Both the position numbers and the translations under genes were made by a program. A DNA stretch of 64,000 bases from Eledone cirrhosa (lineage: Eukaryota): the NCBI GenBank assembly GCA_964016885.1, contig OZ024743.1:352594001-352658000 (forward strand), in the 5' to 3' direction. Below are positions 42,635-55,909 of the stretch, piece after piece; position 1 is the stretch's first letter; every line of letters starts with the position of its first letter. Under the pieces are notes generated by a model, which did not search any database, was not told the DNA's origin, and was given only the letters and a program-made list of their open reading frames with translations.

Positions 42635-44941
42635 ACCATAAAAACCACATACTCTAAATAAAGGTATAACTTATAAAGCTCTTATTACAATATAACCAGA
42701 AATCAAATAAATAACAAAAGAGAAGCTTTCAGATTATAAGATGAATAATGATTTCTACTTTAGATTCAAGGCCATTAATTTGTGTGTTGGGGAAAGTTGA
42801 TTATATGGACCCCTAAATGATATGTCTTATGCAAGGCCAGGTAATTATTCACTTCAATGTTAGAATCAAAAAGAACTACAAAAACTGTGATTCATTGATC
42901 ATTTTTCTTGTCATCTTTCAAACATGAAAGAATAATAAATTGAACTTATTTATAATGGAAACCAAAAGATTTAATACATCTGCATATATGTACACACGCA
43001 CACGTACACACGCACACACACAAAAATGTAATATACATGGCTGTAAGGTTTATGAGTGTTGGATTACTAATTACATGATGATGTACCCAAACCTTACTTT
43101 TTAGTGGAGCTTGTGACTGAGCAAGGTACATAAACCTATTTGCCCCTGTTTTTTTGTTTTGTTTTTTATTTACTTTATACCAAGCAAGGCAATAAAGCTA
43201 TTAAAATACAAAGGGTTACTGAGAAGGGAAAAGGACAAGACAAAGAGAACATAATTTAAGGAGAGAGATGACGATTGATATTGCTTTTGAAATTTTGCCA
43301 AGTGTCGTGGTTAAGAAAGCAAGAAGGCAGAAGAGATTTCCATAGGCAAAATATGCAAAGGAAGAAACTTAGAATAGAATTTGTGATTATTTTAAAGAAT
43401 TTCAACTGAGACCTAGCTGCCAATCTGGTGTTCCATTTAAACTCATAAAGACAAGGCAACAAAGAGGAAAGCTCATTAAAACAGTCTCCATTTCACTCCC
43501 ACTGTAGGAGCAGAGTAGCTAACTATAGGAGGAGCAACAAATTGTAAAAGCAACTGCTCAGCAGTCAAATTTCTCTCAAATCACACTTTGGCGGACTCAG
43601 GAAAAGCAAATATTTATGCACTGAACTTTGTACCAAACTCAAAAATTCATTGTTGATACCAAAGCAATTTCTTCTTATGACTCCTACTCAAAAGAAGTCT
43701 CTGTTGGTTTGGATATGTACTCTGTCACCTATGAGGTGAACTCATTCATGATACAATCATACCAGACAGCTGAAAATGCAAATTTGCATGATCAAATTAA
43801 ATCTTAAGGTAATATCGGATCCTCACATATATGGTGTCTAACACAGGAATTGGGACTAATTGACAATATCCATATCAGATCTCTGTAATCATTGTGCATA
43901 GGCAGCCTCTATCTGTGATGCTGCAAGTGCTGTTTGGAGCTGATTCAACCCATCTTGGGTGAACATCAACACAAGTACAAGTAAAATCATATTTCTAGAG
44001 AAAGACACTATCCATGATTTTCAAATCATTTTGAAAATAATCAAGAAAATGGAGGGATTTACTAATGTGACTAACTTTCTTATTTACATGCTGTTGGGAA
44101 CACATTGAAGCTTCTTACATAAAATTACAAAAGGTTTTTAGATAAAATAAACAGTTCATATCACAAAAGAAAAGTGGTTTCAGGCAGTTTGGTATCCAAA
44201 GGGTTAAGAAAGGAAGGATAAAGTAGACAATATAGTTACATGATTATTAATGGAATATATCTACACAGATCAGCTCAATCAGGACTGTCCTGGAGTTAAA
44301 CAAAAATAGCAACTATTTTATCCAAGCTAGCATTGGAAATGAGCACAAAAACAGAAACAAAATATGAATGTTTTTGTGATAATACTACTGCTATTACTGA
44401 ATTACAGCTGCAGGGAGGAGATCAATGTGATGTATATATCCAGTATGTAGTAACTACCATTATATCAGAAGTTTTTTTTAGAGCAAAATTAACTGAAGTT
44501 TACATATTTCACTTTTAGTGATATGATGATATTTCAGTCATCATAAATCACAACTAAAACCTCTCTCTTTGTCCTGCTGATGACAGACAAGAATAGTTAC
44601 AACATATAAATATTTTTGGCATTTAAAAATTTTTAAAATTTTTTAATAGTTTTTAAGCAATTTGATATATTTTTAAAACAAGTTATTGAAGCAACTATAT
44701 TTATAGTTAGATGTCTTTCATATCTGTGATTAGCATAATAGCTGAGATGCAGAGCTCTTAAATACCTTAGTCCAGCTTAATGTGAATAGCTGATTGTATG
44801 GCAAGAACTAGTTACTCTTCAGAATATCACTATCAATACTATAACATTGATAATTGTATGTCATGATAACTAACTTGTCATGATGATGGATCTTTCATTG
44901 GTTTCAATGAAGATCATTCAGTTGCTTGATCAACCAAACAT

Positions 44942-45168
44942 TTAACCCTTTTGATACCATATTTCTAATGGAATACACAATATATTAATTAATGAAGAAT
45001 TTAGAGAAATTTACTAAAATTATCAATAATTTCATTAAGATGGTATTTGTAACATGACTTAACAAAAAGTTGAAATATGTTGGAAGGTTTTAACTTAAAC
45101 CCATTAAAATAGTGGTTTTGTTTCAGCAAACCAAAAGCAGTTTTGGGTGGGTTGGTACCAAAAGGGTT
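44942..45168. mobile_element. piggyBac-type MITE, second family
   Basis: TTAA-CCCTTTTGATACCA ... TGGTACCAAAAGGG-TT; related copy at 50894-51136 and partial copies near 43990-44206 and 49535-49725. Confidence 0.75.
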
Positions 45169-45937
45169 GTCCTATGAATTAATGTACAAGTGGTTGAATA
45201 TTCCACAGACATGATAACCTTCCTAGTGTTGGTGATCTACATGCTAAATGATCACCAAGTGTAGTCTGTATAGTGGTTTGTGATAGGAAGGGCATTCAGA
45301 TGTAGAAAACCTGCTAAAAAAGGGCCAGGAAGACTCTTCAGATATGCTAAGGACAGGACAAGTTCTTTAGTAATAGTACCTTGATAAAATTTAGTTGAAA
45401 GAGTGTGGAAGTGTATGTCAAGTCCCTGGCCCATCTGGAGGTCAGAAGCTCCACTTCAGTATTGATCAGTCTGTGATGACATGTCCAACCCTTGGCAACA
45501 AGGAAAATGGATGTTAAATGATAATGATGATGATAATGTGTACCATTAACTTAATTACCAGCATGGCACAATGGTCATCATAAAGAAAATATCTCATCAG
45601 ATATGAAAAAAATTAAGTTGGCTGGAATGCCATTGCTGAATTGTGGCAAATTTTGATCTAAATAACAAAGACATAAGACTGTGTGAGGTCAAAAGAGTTG
45701 TTTATTTTGCCTACGCAAGGTTAGGAGCTCCAGCACATTTGCTACCTACTACTAACAGTGAAATAGAAACTCTGTGTATTTTCAACTAAATAGATTGATG
45801 AGCCAATGGAGAAGTTTCTATGCAGTCACTGGACTTGTCGGATAGCAGCCAAATCTCTTTCAAATTACATCCTACTGTCTTTACTTCTTTTGTGAACACA
45901 TTTCTAACAAAAGTATATTTTGCGTTTTCAAAAATAA

Positions 45938-47672
45938 CACCTTGTAACATATTTTTTGTTCCCCGGTTCTAAGTGTCATTTCCTGGTTTGTTATATCCCA
46001 TTATTATTAAAAAAAACACTATTATTTAATCAGAAGTTTGGGTTTGTGGTCAGGAGTTTGATATTTCGAAATTTTCATATTTTTCAAGAAAAAACACATT
46101 TTTTAAAAATTTATCAGTTCATATAATTAAATCAACAGAGTATATATTTATTTTATTACACAAGCTTATCAAAAGAAAACAAGTAAAAACAAGTAAAAAC
46201 AAATAACACTTATAAAGCAACTTATACACGCCAGAAATGACTGGATTTCCTGGATTTGCGGTTGTAGTTCAGGTCGCATTCCCGCACTAGCCCCCAGACA
46301 TAGTCCCCATCATTTTTTCATTGTAGTGGCCCTGGCACCTCCGCTCTATCTCTTTCACATCTCGGTGGAATTGTTCGCCTTGTTTTCCTGAGTAGGCGCC
46401 CATATTGTCCTTGAATTTTTCCAGGTGAGCGTCCAGCATATGGAGTTTAAGCGACATCCTGCATCCCATGGCGCCAAAAGCCTTTATCAGATCCTGCACC
46501 AGTTGCTGGTAGTTTTCAGCTTTGTAGTTGCCCAGGAAGCCCTTAACAACTGCCTTGAAACAGTTCCATGCTGTTCTCTCAATCCTATTGAGCTTATTGG
46601 AGAACTCGGTAGACTCATACACCTTCTTTATCTGAGGTCCAACAAAAATTCCACCTTTGATTTTGGCCTCAGATAACTTGGGGAAGAACTCAAGAAGGTA
46701 CTTAAAAGCGGCTGATTCTTGGTTGAGAGCCTTCACATACTGCTTCATCAACCCCAACTTAATGTGCAGTGGCGGCATGAGCACAATCCTGGGATCAACC
46801 AGTGGCTCCCACATGATGTTCCGGGTCCCAACTACAAATTCTGTTCGCTGCTCCCAGTTCTTTCTTTTGTAGTGGTCAGAGGTGGCTCTGCTGTCCCAAA
46901 GGCAGAGGAAGCATTGGAATTTGATAAAGCCGCCTTGGAGTCCAAGCAGGAAAGCCACCATCTTGAAGTCTCCAATGATCCCAATTGTACTAGTTGTATT
47001 GCAGAGCTTCCAAGAGGACTTTCACACTGTAGTAATCTTCCTTCAGGCAGGGGCAGTGTCGGGAACTTGTTTCCATTGTGGAGGAGGACAGCCTTCAAAC
47101 TTGTGGTGGAGCTGTCTATAAATAGCCGCCACTCCTTGGGCACAAACGGCACCCCAATAACGTCAAACAGTCCAGGCATGTCATGGCAGAAGCAGAGGCC
47201 ATCCCTAAGAGTGTAAAAGCCTGAGAAAGGTTCGTGTCGACTTCTCTGACTTGTCACCTGCACTTCCTCCTTGACCAAGTCCCACTGCTTCATCCTGGAG
47301 ACGAATGCTTAAAACACAACTTACCCTTTATTCAGGGTGCGAAAATCCAGTATCAATAAATCTCTTTAATCCACTTTTTAACAATTTTATACTTTATTGC
47401 ATTTTTATAATTTTCTTTAGGTATTACTCTTTATTTTATAATTTTAATTTAACCTGAAACACATTTTTAAAAAATCATTTAACATAAGCAAATTAAACAA
47501 ATACAACGTAAAATCCAGCATACAAATAATTCTAGTGAATAGCTTAGAATTTTTACAAACCCAAACTTTTAACTGTTTAATAGCATTTTTTATTTATTTA
47601 TTTGGGACCTAAGCAACACTAAAAAGGTGATTACAAGCCAGGAACAGAGAAAAAAAATTTTGTGAAATTAGT
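45938..47672 (-). mobile_element. CMC/Chapaev-3-like DNA transposon, internally deleted, frameshifted transposase at 46287-47300
   Basis: WRLFIDSS..LKAVLLHNGN, LLGLQGG..CFLCLWDSRA, PPLHIKLGLMKQ, GIFVGPQI, MSLKLHML, QGEQFH. Left end TAA|CAC; 14-bp inverted repeat AAGTTTGGGTTTGT at 46034 and 47555. The right end is approximate and the family assignment is from motif memory. Confidence 0.75.
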
Positions 47673-48172
47673 TAATTTTCGGCTTAATAATAAAATACAA
47701 AAGTTTGTATATTGAAATCTAAATATTATCTTCCAAGTAATAATGGGATTTCAGTCCAAGATTTGAATTTAAATGTTGAACACTTTTGAATTTAAATGTT
47801 GAACACTAATAGTTTGGCTGTTTATTGAAAAGGTTAAAAAGGAAATACTCATTGGGTAATGTAATCCAAGATACACTAAACCTGAATAAAAGATAGGATG
47901 GCTACGGCTGGAATGTTTTTGGTCACAGGTTTCCTCAATCAGAGCTAACCTAGGCTAAGCATCAACTGCAATTAAGCAGATTGAAGAGAATAATATACTT
48001 TGTCTATGGATACACTATAAAACCAATAGCTTAACTGAATACTTTAATCTAACAATGTTGTTTTTACACTTGCTTTTCCATGGCAGCATGAGTTGGATGA
48101 AACATTTTGAGGGGAAATTCTATGGCTGGATGCCCTTTCTGGGGCCAACCAGTGAGCAGAAGGGCCCCTCTT

Positions 48173-48646
48173 TATAATTTCACATAAATGAATTAAAGAA
48201 AGCAAATAATTGTTCCAATATTTGTAAAGGAATGCAGTTTTCTATGACAGGTCTAATACTGCTGTTTAATAGAATTTAATTATATCATCAATGGCTGTGT
48301 TGTTAAGAAGATCACTTAACAACTATCTGACAAACAAATATCACCACTTGTGAAGTTGAATGTGAAGAGGAAACACACATTCCCACACACATTGGGCTTG
48401 CTTACAGCTTCTGCCAACCTAATTTACTCAGTGCATTGGCTGGCCTATGGCTATAGTAGGTACCACACACTGAGATGGAACCCAAGATCATATAGTTGTT
48501 AAATGATCTTCTTAACAACACAGCCATTGATGATATAATTAAATTCTATTAAACAGCAGTATTAGACCTGTCATAGAAAACTGCATTCCTTTACAAATAT
48601 TGGAACAATTATTTGCTTTCTTTAATTCATTTTATGTGAAATTATA
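48173..48646. repeat. 154-bp inverted repeat with 165-bp spacer
   Basis: Arms 48173-48326 and 48492-48646 differ by 1 substitution and 1 indel. Confidence 0.95.
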
Positions 48647-50380
48647 TGAGAAGACAGAGTAAAAGACAAACTTACAATAGAAGAACTTAAAATAATAACA
48701 ATTTAAAATAACATTAGATCTACAGTTAGTTATTTCAGTTTCTAACTGAACAGATAAATGGTAAACAATGTTAAAAGAGGTGACATATTCTATGTACATA
48801 ATGACATGTTTTCTTATTTTTACTTGCCCAAATAAAAGAAGGTCACAGATTGTGGTTAACTTGCAATGGAATGAAATAAAGCCAAAAAAGCTACTTTCTG
48901 TGGAAATTAATAACAGACCTGTGTGACTAATAAATTAAACGATGCCTATCAAATTAAAATACATAAATTAATGATTAATATGAATCAGATTTAATTAAGA
49001 GCCTCTGTGTAAAGGGAAGTTCTAAAATAACAGTTGAGATAGAAATGAGTTAATTATTTAATTAAGAAAAATAATTAATGTTTTCTGTGAAGAGAAAGGG
49101 CGAAGTGAGGGGGGTGAGATGAGATAGCGGCACAGGGGTTAACTCTTAACATCCTATAATGATACAGCAGAAAATATCTAAAAGCAAATTTGTTAATTCA
49201 AATGCTTATTACATCTTTATTAGTGGACAGATCATTACAAAAATATGTAATATTAGAGTAAAGAGTTTAATTTTTAATGTGGTGCATTCTTAATTATCTT
49301 TTGTATTTTAAAAGAATGTCTTGCTAACATTGTTTCATGTGGTACATAACTTTAAGAGTTAACAGAAAGAATGGTAATTTATAAACACATAGTATGGATG
49401 TGGTAGCTGGTTAGATGGATAGGAAAAGTGCTGGTGATCATCTGATATGCATTCCATATGTTCAAATCAAAGTCATTGTATTGTGTCCCTACACTAAATA
49501 TTACTGAAAACAATTTTGATGCTATCTCTTTTCTCACCATATTTCTAATGAAAGACAACCTATGATCAAGTAATTTTGAAAATAATAAAGAACTTGGAGG
49601 GATTTAGTAATATAACTAACTTTCTTATTATTAAGCTGGTACTTAAGGTTTAACTTAAAGGATTTTACATAAAAGTTTTACGGAAGGCTTTTAGATAAAT
49701 ATAGACACTTTAAAACAGTTTTGTACTGTCCCCAAATCTGGGTATCTTGAGCAAGTGTCATTTTCCACAGCATTGTGTCAATCCAAGCCTTGTGAATGAA
49801 ATTGGGCAAATGGGAACTATTGCCACACACTGTATCACACTGAATCTCCCACAGAATTACATCAAGGGAACACATGTTTGTGGAATCCACAGCCACTTAT
49901 ATGTTCATTTCAAGAGCAGGCTATTTTCCATTGATTGGACAACTGGAACATTCATCCTTGAAATCAACGGAGGTCCACTGCACTTGGTTCACATTTCAGC
50001 AGGTGGGAAGTATGATTGATGCCTCCTGAACTTGAAACATTTGTTTTCCTAAACATGATACCAAATCTAGCATTAGCTTCAGTTTTTTTCTTTTTTTCAA
50101 TTTTTTAATACTTCCTCTTTCAATGAAACAATAGGTTTTACTAAAATGATAATATATTCACTGTACCCTTTCCACACACACGTACTTCAACAGCCAATAT
50201 CTACAGTATACTATTTTCTCACACACCAATACACATACACAAATGACTATTTGAAATACAAGGTTTAAAGGCATTGTTTATAATACTTAAATAAAATGGC
50301 CAAAGTATTTGACCTTCAACATTATGTAGTGTTTACACAAAAATATTCCATTCCCTATAAATATTTAGAAAATATCATCC

Positions 50381-50683
50381 TGCGCATAGCTTAGTGGTAA
50401 GAGAGTTGGCTAACAATCATGAGGTTGTGAGTTTGAATCCTGGACCGGGCGCTGTGTTCTTGAGCAAAACACTTTATTTCATATTGCTCCATTTCACTCA
50501 GTTGTAGAAATGAGTTCTGATATCACTGGTGCCAAGCTATATTGGCCATTGCATTTCCCTTGGACAACATTGGTGGCAAGGAGAGGGGAGACTGGCATGG
50601 GCAACTGCTGGTCTGCCACAAATGCACCTTTCCCAGGCTTGTACCTCGAAGGGGAATTGTCTAGGTGCAAAACCATGGTCATT
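50381..50683 (+). mobile_element. tRNA-derived SINE with the same head and core as 22685 but a different tail
   Basis: GCTTAGTGGTAAGAG, GAGTTTGAATCC, TTGAGCAAAACACTTTATTTC; flanked by ATCCTGC / ATTCTGC. Confidence 0.8.
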
Positions 50684-50893
50684 CTGCAAACATTTATTTC
50701 CATCATATTAATCACTACATTTTATTCCTCAAATCATCTCTTCTCATACTCTCTCTCAACTGTAAACCACATATATTAACCCTATGTAAAAACCTTATAA
50801 AGAATTGCAAGGTAACATCCCAACATTATTGTTATCATATTTTTACTATTTACTGTCCAATTCAGATTGTGGTAGCCTTCAAATAAAACATTA

Positions 50894-51136
50894 TTAACCC
50901 TTTTGTTTCCATATTTATAATGAAAGACACTGCTTATAATTTTCAAATAAAGAATGGATTTAATAATATAACTACCTTTCTCATTATCAAGTTGGTGTTT
51001 GGAGCATAACTAAACAAAGGTTCTTACATAAAATTATGACAGAAGGGTTTTAGGAAAATATAAACAACTTAAAATAAACAGTTTTATTTCATAGAATCCA
51101 GATTAGCTTCAGGAAGTTTAGTATCAAAAGGGTTAA
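50894..51136. mobile_element. piggyBac-type MITE, second family
   Basis: TTAA-CCCTTTTG ... CAAAAGGG-TTAA; internal similarity to the 44942 copy. Confidence 0.78.
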
Positions 51137-51739
51137 TGCTAATTCTGTCACTAAAGAGTATGAGAAAAGATGATTTGAGAAATAAAATGTAGAGATTAAT
51201 ATGATGGAAATAAATGGCTGGAGAATGATATTTTCTAAATATTTATAGGGAAAGAAATATTTTTGTGTAAACACCATATAATGTTGAAGGTCTAATATTG
51301 TCACAAGCATTGGACAATGTAGTCTCTTAAAAATAAGGTGGTTATTGACTGATGGAATGCCTTTGATCATAGGTTCCTCAATCAGAGTTCACTTATGGTT
51401 AAACAACAGAGAGAATAAAGGAGCAACACTTCAATCGCTCAGACATAATGATAGCAAAACACCAATACAATCTATAGATCTATAAAGAACACTAGAAGTT
51501 AATTATTCAGGTTATATGTGAGTATGTGCGCGTGTATAACAATGATAGGGTGGGTGGTGTGGGAATATTGTTAGCAGAAAAAAGTATTTGAGGTAGCCAA
51601 TGTATATGACAGAATAATTAAGCTTAGACTAGTCATAGACAGGAATGACATGAGCGAAAGGACCATTTCTATGAAGTCTCCTTCTGGTCCATTTCAATAA
51701 CAAATTACAGCAATCTTGTTATTATAGTTGGTGATATGG

Positions 51740-52125
51740 TATAAGGAATTAGGGTATATCAAAGCTGCTAGAGAGAAATGAAGCAACTCTGCTTTGTTGG
51801 ATGTGTAATGTAAATGTGAGAGCTTAGCTGAACTGAGAGAGAAACTGGGTTTAAGAGAAATCCGAAGTGGTGTGCAAGAGAGAAGATTGCATTGGTATGG
51901 ACATGTGATTTACATGGATGATGAACGCTGGATGAAAAAGTGCCAGGAGATCCCAGTGTAAGGAAGCCACAGTAGAGGTAAACCAAGAAAGACCTGGAAA
52001 GAGGTGATAAGAGCTGATTTCAAATCACTGAGACTTTGCAGAGGAGATGACAAAAGGAAAGTGGCGAGTGGAGAGATACTGTGCAGAAAAGGACCAGTCG
52101 AACACATGCAAGGAAAAATGATGAT
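51740..52125 (+). mobile_element. Old RTE 3' fragment
   Basis: WYGHVI..WMKKCQ..RGKPRKTWKEVIRAD followed by an ATGATG tail. Confidence 0.75.
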
Positions 52126-52130
52126 TATAT

Positions 52131-54136
52131 CATCATCATCATCATCATCATCATCGTTTAACGTCCGTGTTCCATGCTTGCATGGGTTTGGACGGGAGTT
52201 TTCCCACTTGAGGCAAGAGTGGTTGTCTTGCTCGCATAGGACTGTCTGGCGGGTTTTCTACAGTTGGATGCCCTTCCTAACACCAACCACATTTACAGTG
52301 TGGGGCTGGGAGGTTTTTACCGTGTTGCCTACACGGCCACATTACAGCGTGGACTGTCTGGCAGGTTTTCTACAGCTGGATGCCCTTCCTAACACCAACC
52401 ACATTTACAGTGTGGGACTGGGACGTTTTTACCGTGTTGCCTACACGGTCACATTACAGCGTGGACTGTGTGTTTTTTTTTCGTGACACCTACACGATCT
52501 CATTTGTTTCGGCCTGGATTTTGTGGCACCAACATAACTTTACATTGAAAGGGGCGGTGTGGGGGTGGTGGGACGGGGGTGTATTTTGTTAGAGATGCCT
52601 ACTGACTGTAGTAGGTTTTACTTTGTATTTAGGTAACGCGGGTCTTCTCTGTTACTGAGTACCGCCAAAGGTCTCGGTCCAGTGACATTGTCTTGGAGAG
52701 GTGTAAGTGTGTGAGGTCGGAATTTATCAGCTCGTCCCAGGTTTTTCTGGGTCTGCCTACTCCGTGGCTACCATCTATCTTTATTGCCCTGCACTTTGTT
52801 ATACAGCTGTCGTCTTTCATGCGCATCACGTGACCATACCAACGTAGCCTTCTCTCGAGTAAACAACATCTGATCCCTCTTATTTCTAATTTTTTCCTTA
52901 GTTCGTTTATGCTTTGCCGTTCGCGTATATTACTATTACACATCCAGCGGAGCATGCAAGCTTCGTTCCTCTCTAGTCTGCGTATATCCTCTGCACACAA
53001 TGCCTAGGTCTCACTGCCATGCAACATTGCTGTTCGTATGCAGGCATCATACAACCTGCCTTTCACTTTTAGGGAGAACCCTTTAGCGGCTAATAGTGGT
53101 ATATGCTCTCTGAACTTTTTCCATCCAGTTCTGACTCTAGCTACTGTACTTTCGGAGCACCCTCCCCCACTGCTGATTTTGTCACCCAGGTAACGGAAGC
53201 TGTCCACTATTTCTATAGAACCCTCTGCGCAGTTGAAAGAGCTAGTATTTTGTGGGCACTTCTTGCTACTTATTGCACCAGAGCACTGGCCACATGTAAA
53301 ATCTGTGTTCTTAGTTAGCTTACCTGTGATCCCACTACGTCTTTTATGCACCCATACTTTGCATTTGGGACATAAAATGGAGTTTCTGCCTACTCCTTTC
53401 CTACACACTGAGCATGCCCATTTCCCAGATGGGACCAGTGCCCTATTTTCCTACCTACATACTAGAACTTTAGTCTTAGACAGGTTAATTTTAAGGCCTT
53501 TTGATTCTAGGCCGTGCTTCCATGTTTGGAATTTCTTCTCTAGCTCGGCCATTGATTCAGCTATGAGCGTTAGGTCATCTGCGTATAGGAGTTCCCATGG
53601 GCAGCCGGTCTTGAACTCCTGTTATAGCCTGAAGAGCAATAATGAATAGTAGGGGGCTAAGAACAGAGCCCTGATGGACACCAACTTTTACGCTAAACTC
53701 TTCACTATATTCGTTGTTAATTCTAACCTTGCTCACTGTTTCTTTATACATGGCTTGTATAGCTCTCACAAGCTATTCGTCAACACCTAGTTTTCTAAGA
53801 GCCCACCAGATAATGGAACGGGGGACTCTGTCGAAGGCTTTCTCCAAGTCGACAAAGGCTAAGTATAGGGGTTTACTTTTAGCTAGGTACTTCTCCTGTA
53901 GTTGTCGTACAATGAAAAGAGCGTCTGTGGTACTTTTGCCTGACACAAACCCGAACTGCATTTCATCTAGATCGATTCTCTCTCTGATTAGTTGCACTAT
54001 TACTTTTTCCGTGACCTTCATGACCTGGTTGATTAATTTAATCCCTCTATAGTTACTCCTATCTAGGGCGTCTCCTTTACCCTTGTAACAGTTAATGATG
54101 ATGCTGCTACGCCAGTCCTTCGGAACAACCCCATTC
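52131..54136 (-). mobile_element. RTE LINE subfamily B copy, 5'-truncated, with stop and frameshift
   Basis: RT fragments in ORFs 53773..54273, 53575..53769, 53004..53408 and 52629..53000. Distinct 3' UTR with a 112-bp duplication; (CAT)n tail. Confidence 0.95.
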
Positions 54137-54189
54137 ATATATATATATATGTCTAGTTTGTGTATATGTAAATCTTTATATTTAATAAT

Positions 54190-54600
54190 CTCCCATAAGG
54201 TTGAGATACAATTTGGGCAATATTGGGCTGCGCTTTCTAGCAACCAGTCCACTCGCCGTAAGCAACCAATCACATTCTTTCTGACTTGACCACTGCCACG
54301 TCACAATTCTTAGCCATTTTGAATTTGTTTCTGGCGGAGATCACTTAACAAAATCATTTGTCCAAACGAGTTTGTTTCCTGATGAGTTTGAAGCTCGAGA
54401 TGTTATCCTTAATAGGATATTTCCAAATGCGAACGAAACCCGAGGGTAGAAACGTAATCCTGGTATGCGTATATGCATTTCTTCTAACTTTAATTTTATA
54501 CCTAATTGTGTATGGTTGACGGTATATTTAATCGATTTCCACGTGCTGTTGAAATGTTGGGTAAATATTCTATGGCGGTGGTCGCGAAGAGATTGCTGTC
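54190..54600. promoter_or_regulatory. Candidate Pol II promoter or first-exon island
   Basis: Unique, CpG-enriched sequence with ATTGG 54222, AACCAATCA 54264, CCACGTCA 54296, YY1-type GCCATTTT 54313 and a + strand donor-like TG|GTATGC at 54463. Confidence 0.45.
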
Positions 54601-54697
54601 GTTTTAATTTTATGATTTTTTGTGTGGTTAATTATGCTAATTGGGAGAGGAAATGGTGTATATATATTATCAAATGATTCTATGGACATACTTTATA

Positions 54698-54787
<90 letters not shown>

Positions 54788-54791
<4 letters not shown>

Positions 54792-55666
54792 AATTTTACT
54801 GATGTAGTATTAACTTATTAACTTGGATATTTACCATGCGGTATTCTAATCCTATTGTATCTCTCTCAGTTATTTACCATGCGACCCTCAGTTCCTACCC
54901 CCCCCCTCTCTATGCACTTCTTTAAGGCTTACTACCCTGTCTTTAACCTAATTCATTCAATCTGAAAATATTGAAGAGATAAGACACTTTCCCATTCTTC
55001 TCTGCTAAAATGTATCACTAGAGCTGATTCCAATTTTCCCAGCCAGCCATCCATCTAATCTACGAAGGTATTTTAGCCTACATATTGTCGTTAATATTAT
55101 GATGTTCCCTGCTGTATTAGCGTTAAATTTTCCCTGCTGTATTAGCGATAAATTTTCGAGGGTTTCTCTTAGTAGTTTTTTTCATGACATTATTATTGTT
55201 AATTTTACTGATGTAGTATTAACTTATTAACTTGGATATTTACCATGCGGTATTCTAATCCTATTGTATCTCTCTCAGTTATTTACCATGCGACCCTCAG
55301 TTCCTACCCCCCCCCTCTCTATGCACTTCTTTAAGGCTTACTACCCTGTCTTTAACCTAATTCATTCAATCTGAAAATATTGAAGAGATAAGACACTTTC
55401 CCATTCTTCTCTGCTAAAATGTATCACTAGAGCTGATTCCAATTTTCCCAGCCAGCCATCCATCTAATCTACGAAGGTATTTTAGCCTACATATTGTCGT
55501 TAATATTATGATGTTCCCTGCTGTATTAGCGTTAAATTTTCCCTGCTGTATTAGCGATAAATTTTCGAGGGTTTCTCTTAGTAGTTTTTTTCATGACGTT
55601 ATTATTGTTAATTTTACTGATGTAGTATTAACTTGGATATTTACCATGCGACCCTCAGTTCCTACC
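54788..55666 (+). repeat. 409-bp tandem repeat: two full units plus a shortened third
   Basis: GATGTAGTATTAACTT recurs at 54801, 55210 and 55619; the units are nearly identical. Confidence 0.92.
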
Positions 55667-55909
55667 TCACAATTTCCCTCCCCCCCACCCCCACACACCA
55701 CCATAGTCTATTCGACCAATCAAACCTAGCATGCCATTTCCACTGCTGCTGCTGCTACTACCTGCCTAACTAACTCTCTCCTCCTCTGGCGCATCCCAAC
55801 ACACCCTGCCATTACCCCACCACCACTGTCCTTCTAGCCCTCAATTTTCCCACCGTTATGGATGGATGAGCTGGGAATACACGAGCAACTCTGAATCAAT
55901 AGATGAAAT

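Noticed and set aside
54379-54402. Hammerhead-like CTGATGAG..CTCGAGA
   Set aside because: GAGA instead of GAAA, and no convincing stems I and III.
54788-55666. CRISPR-like array
   Set aside because: Eukaryotic context; whole units repeat with no unique spacers.
55670-55909. HDV-like ribozyme in the RTE 5' leader
   Set aside because: Plausible for RTEs, but I could not assemble the nested double pseudoknot by eye; needs a descriptor search.
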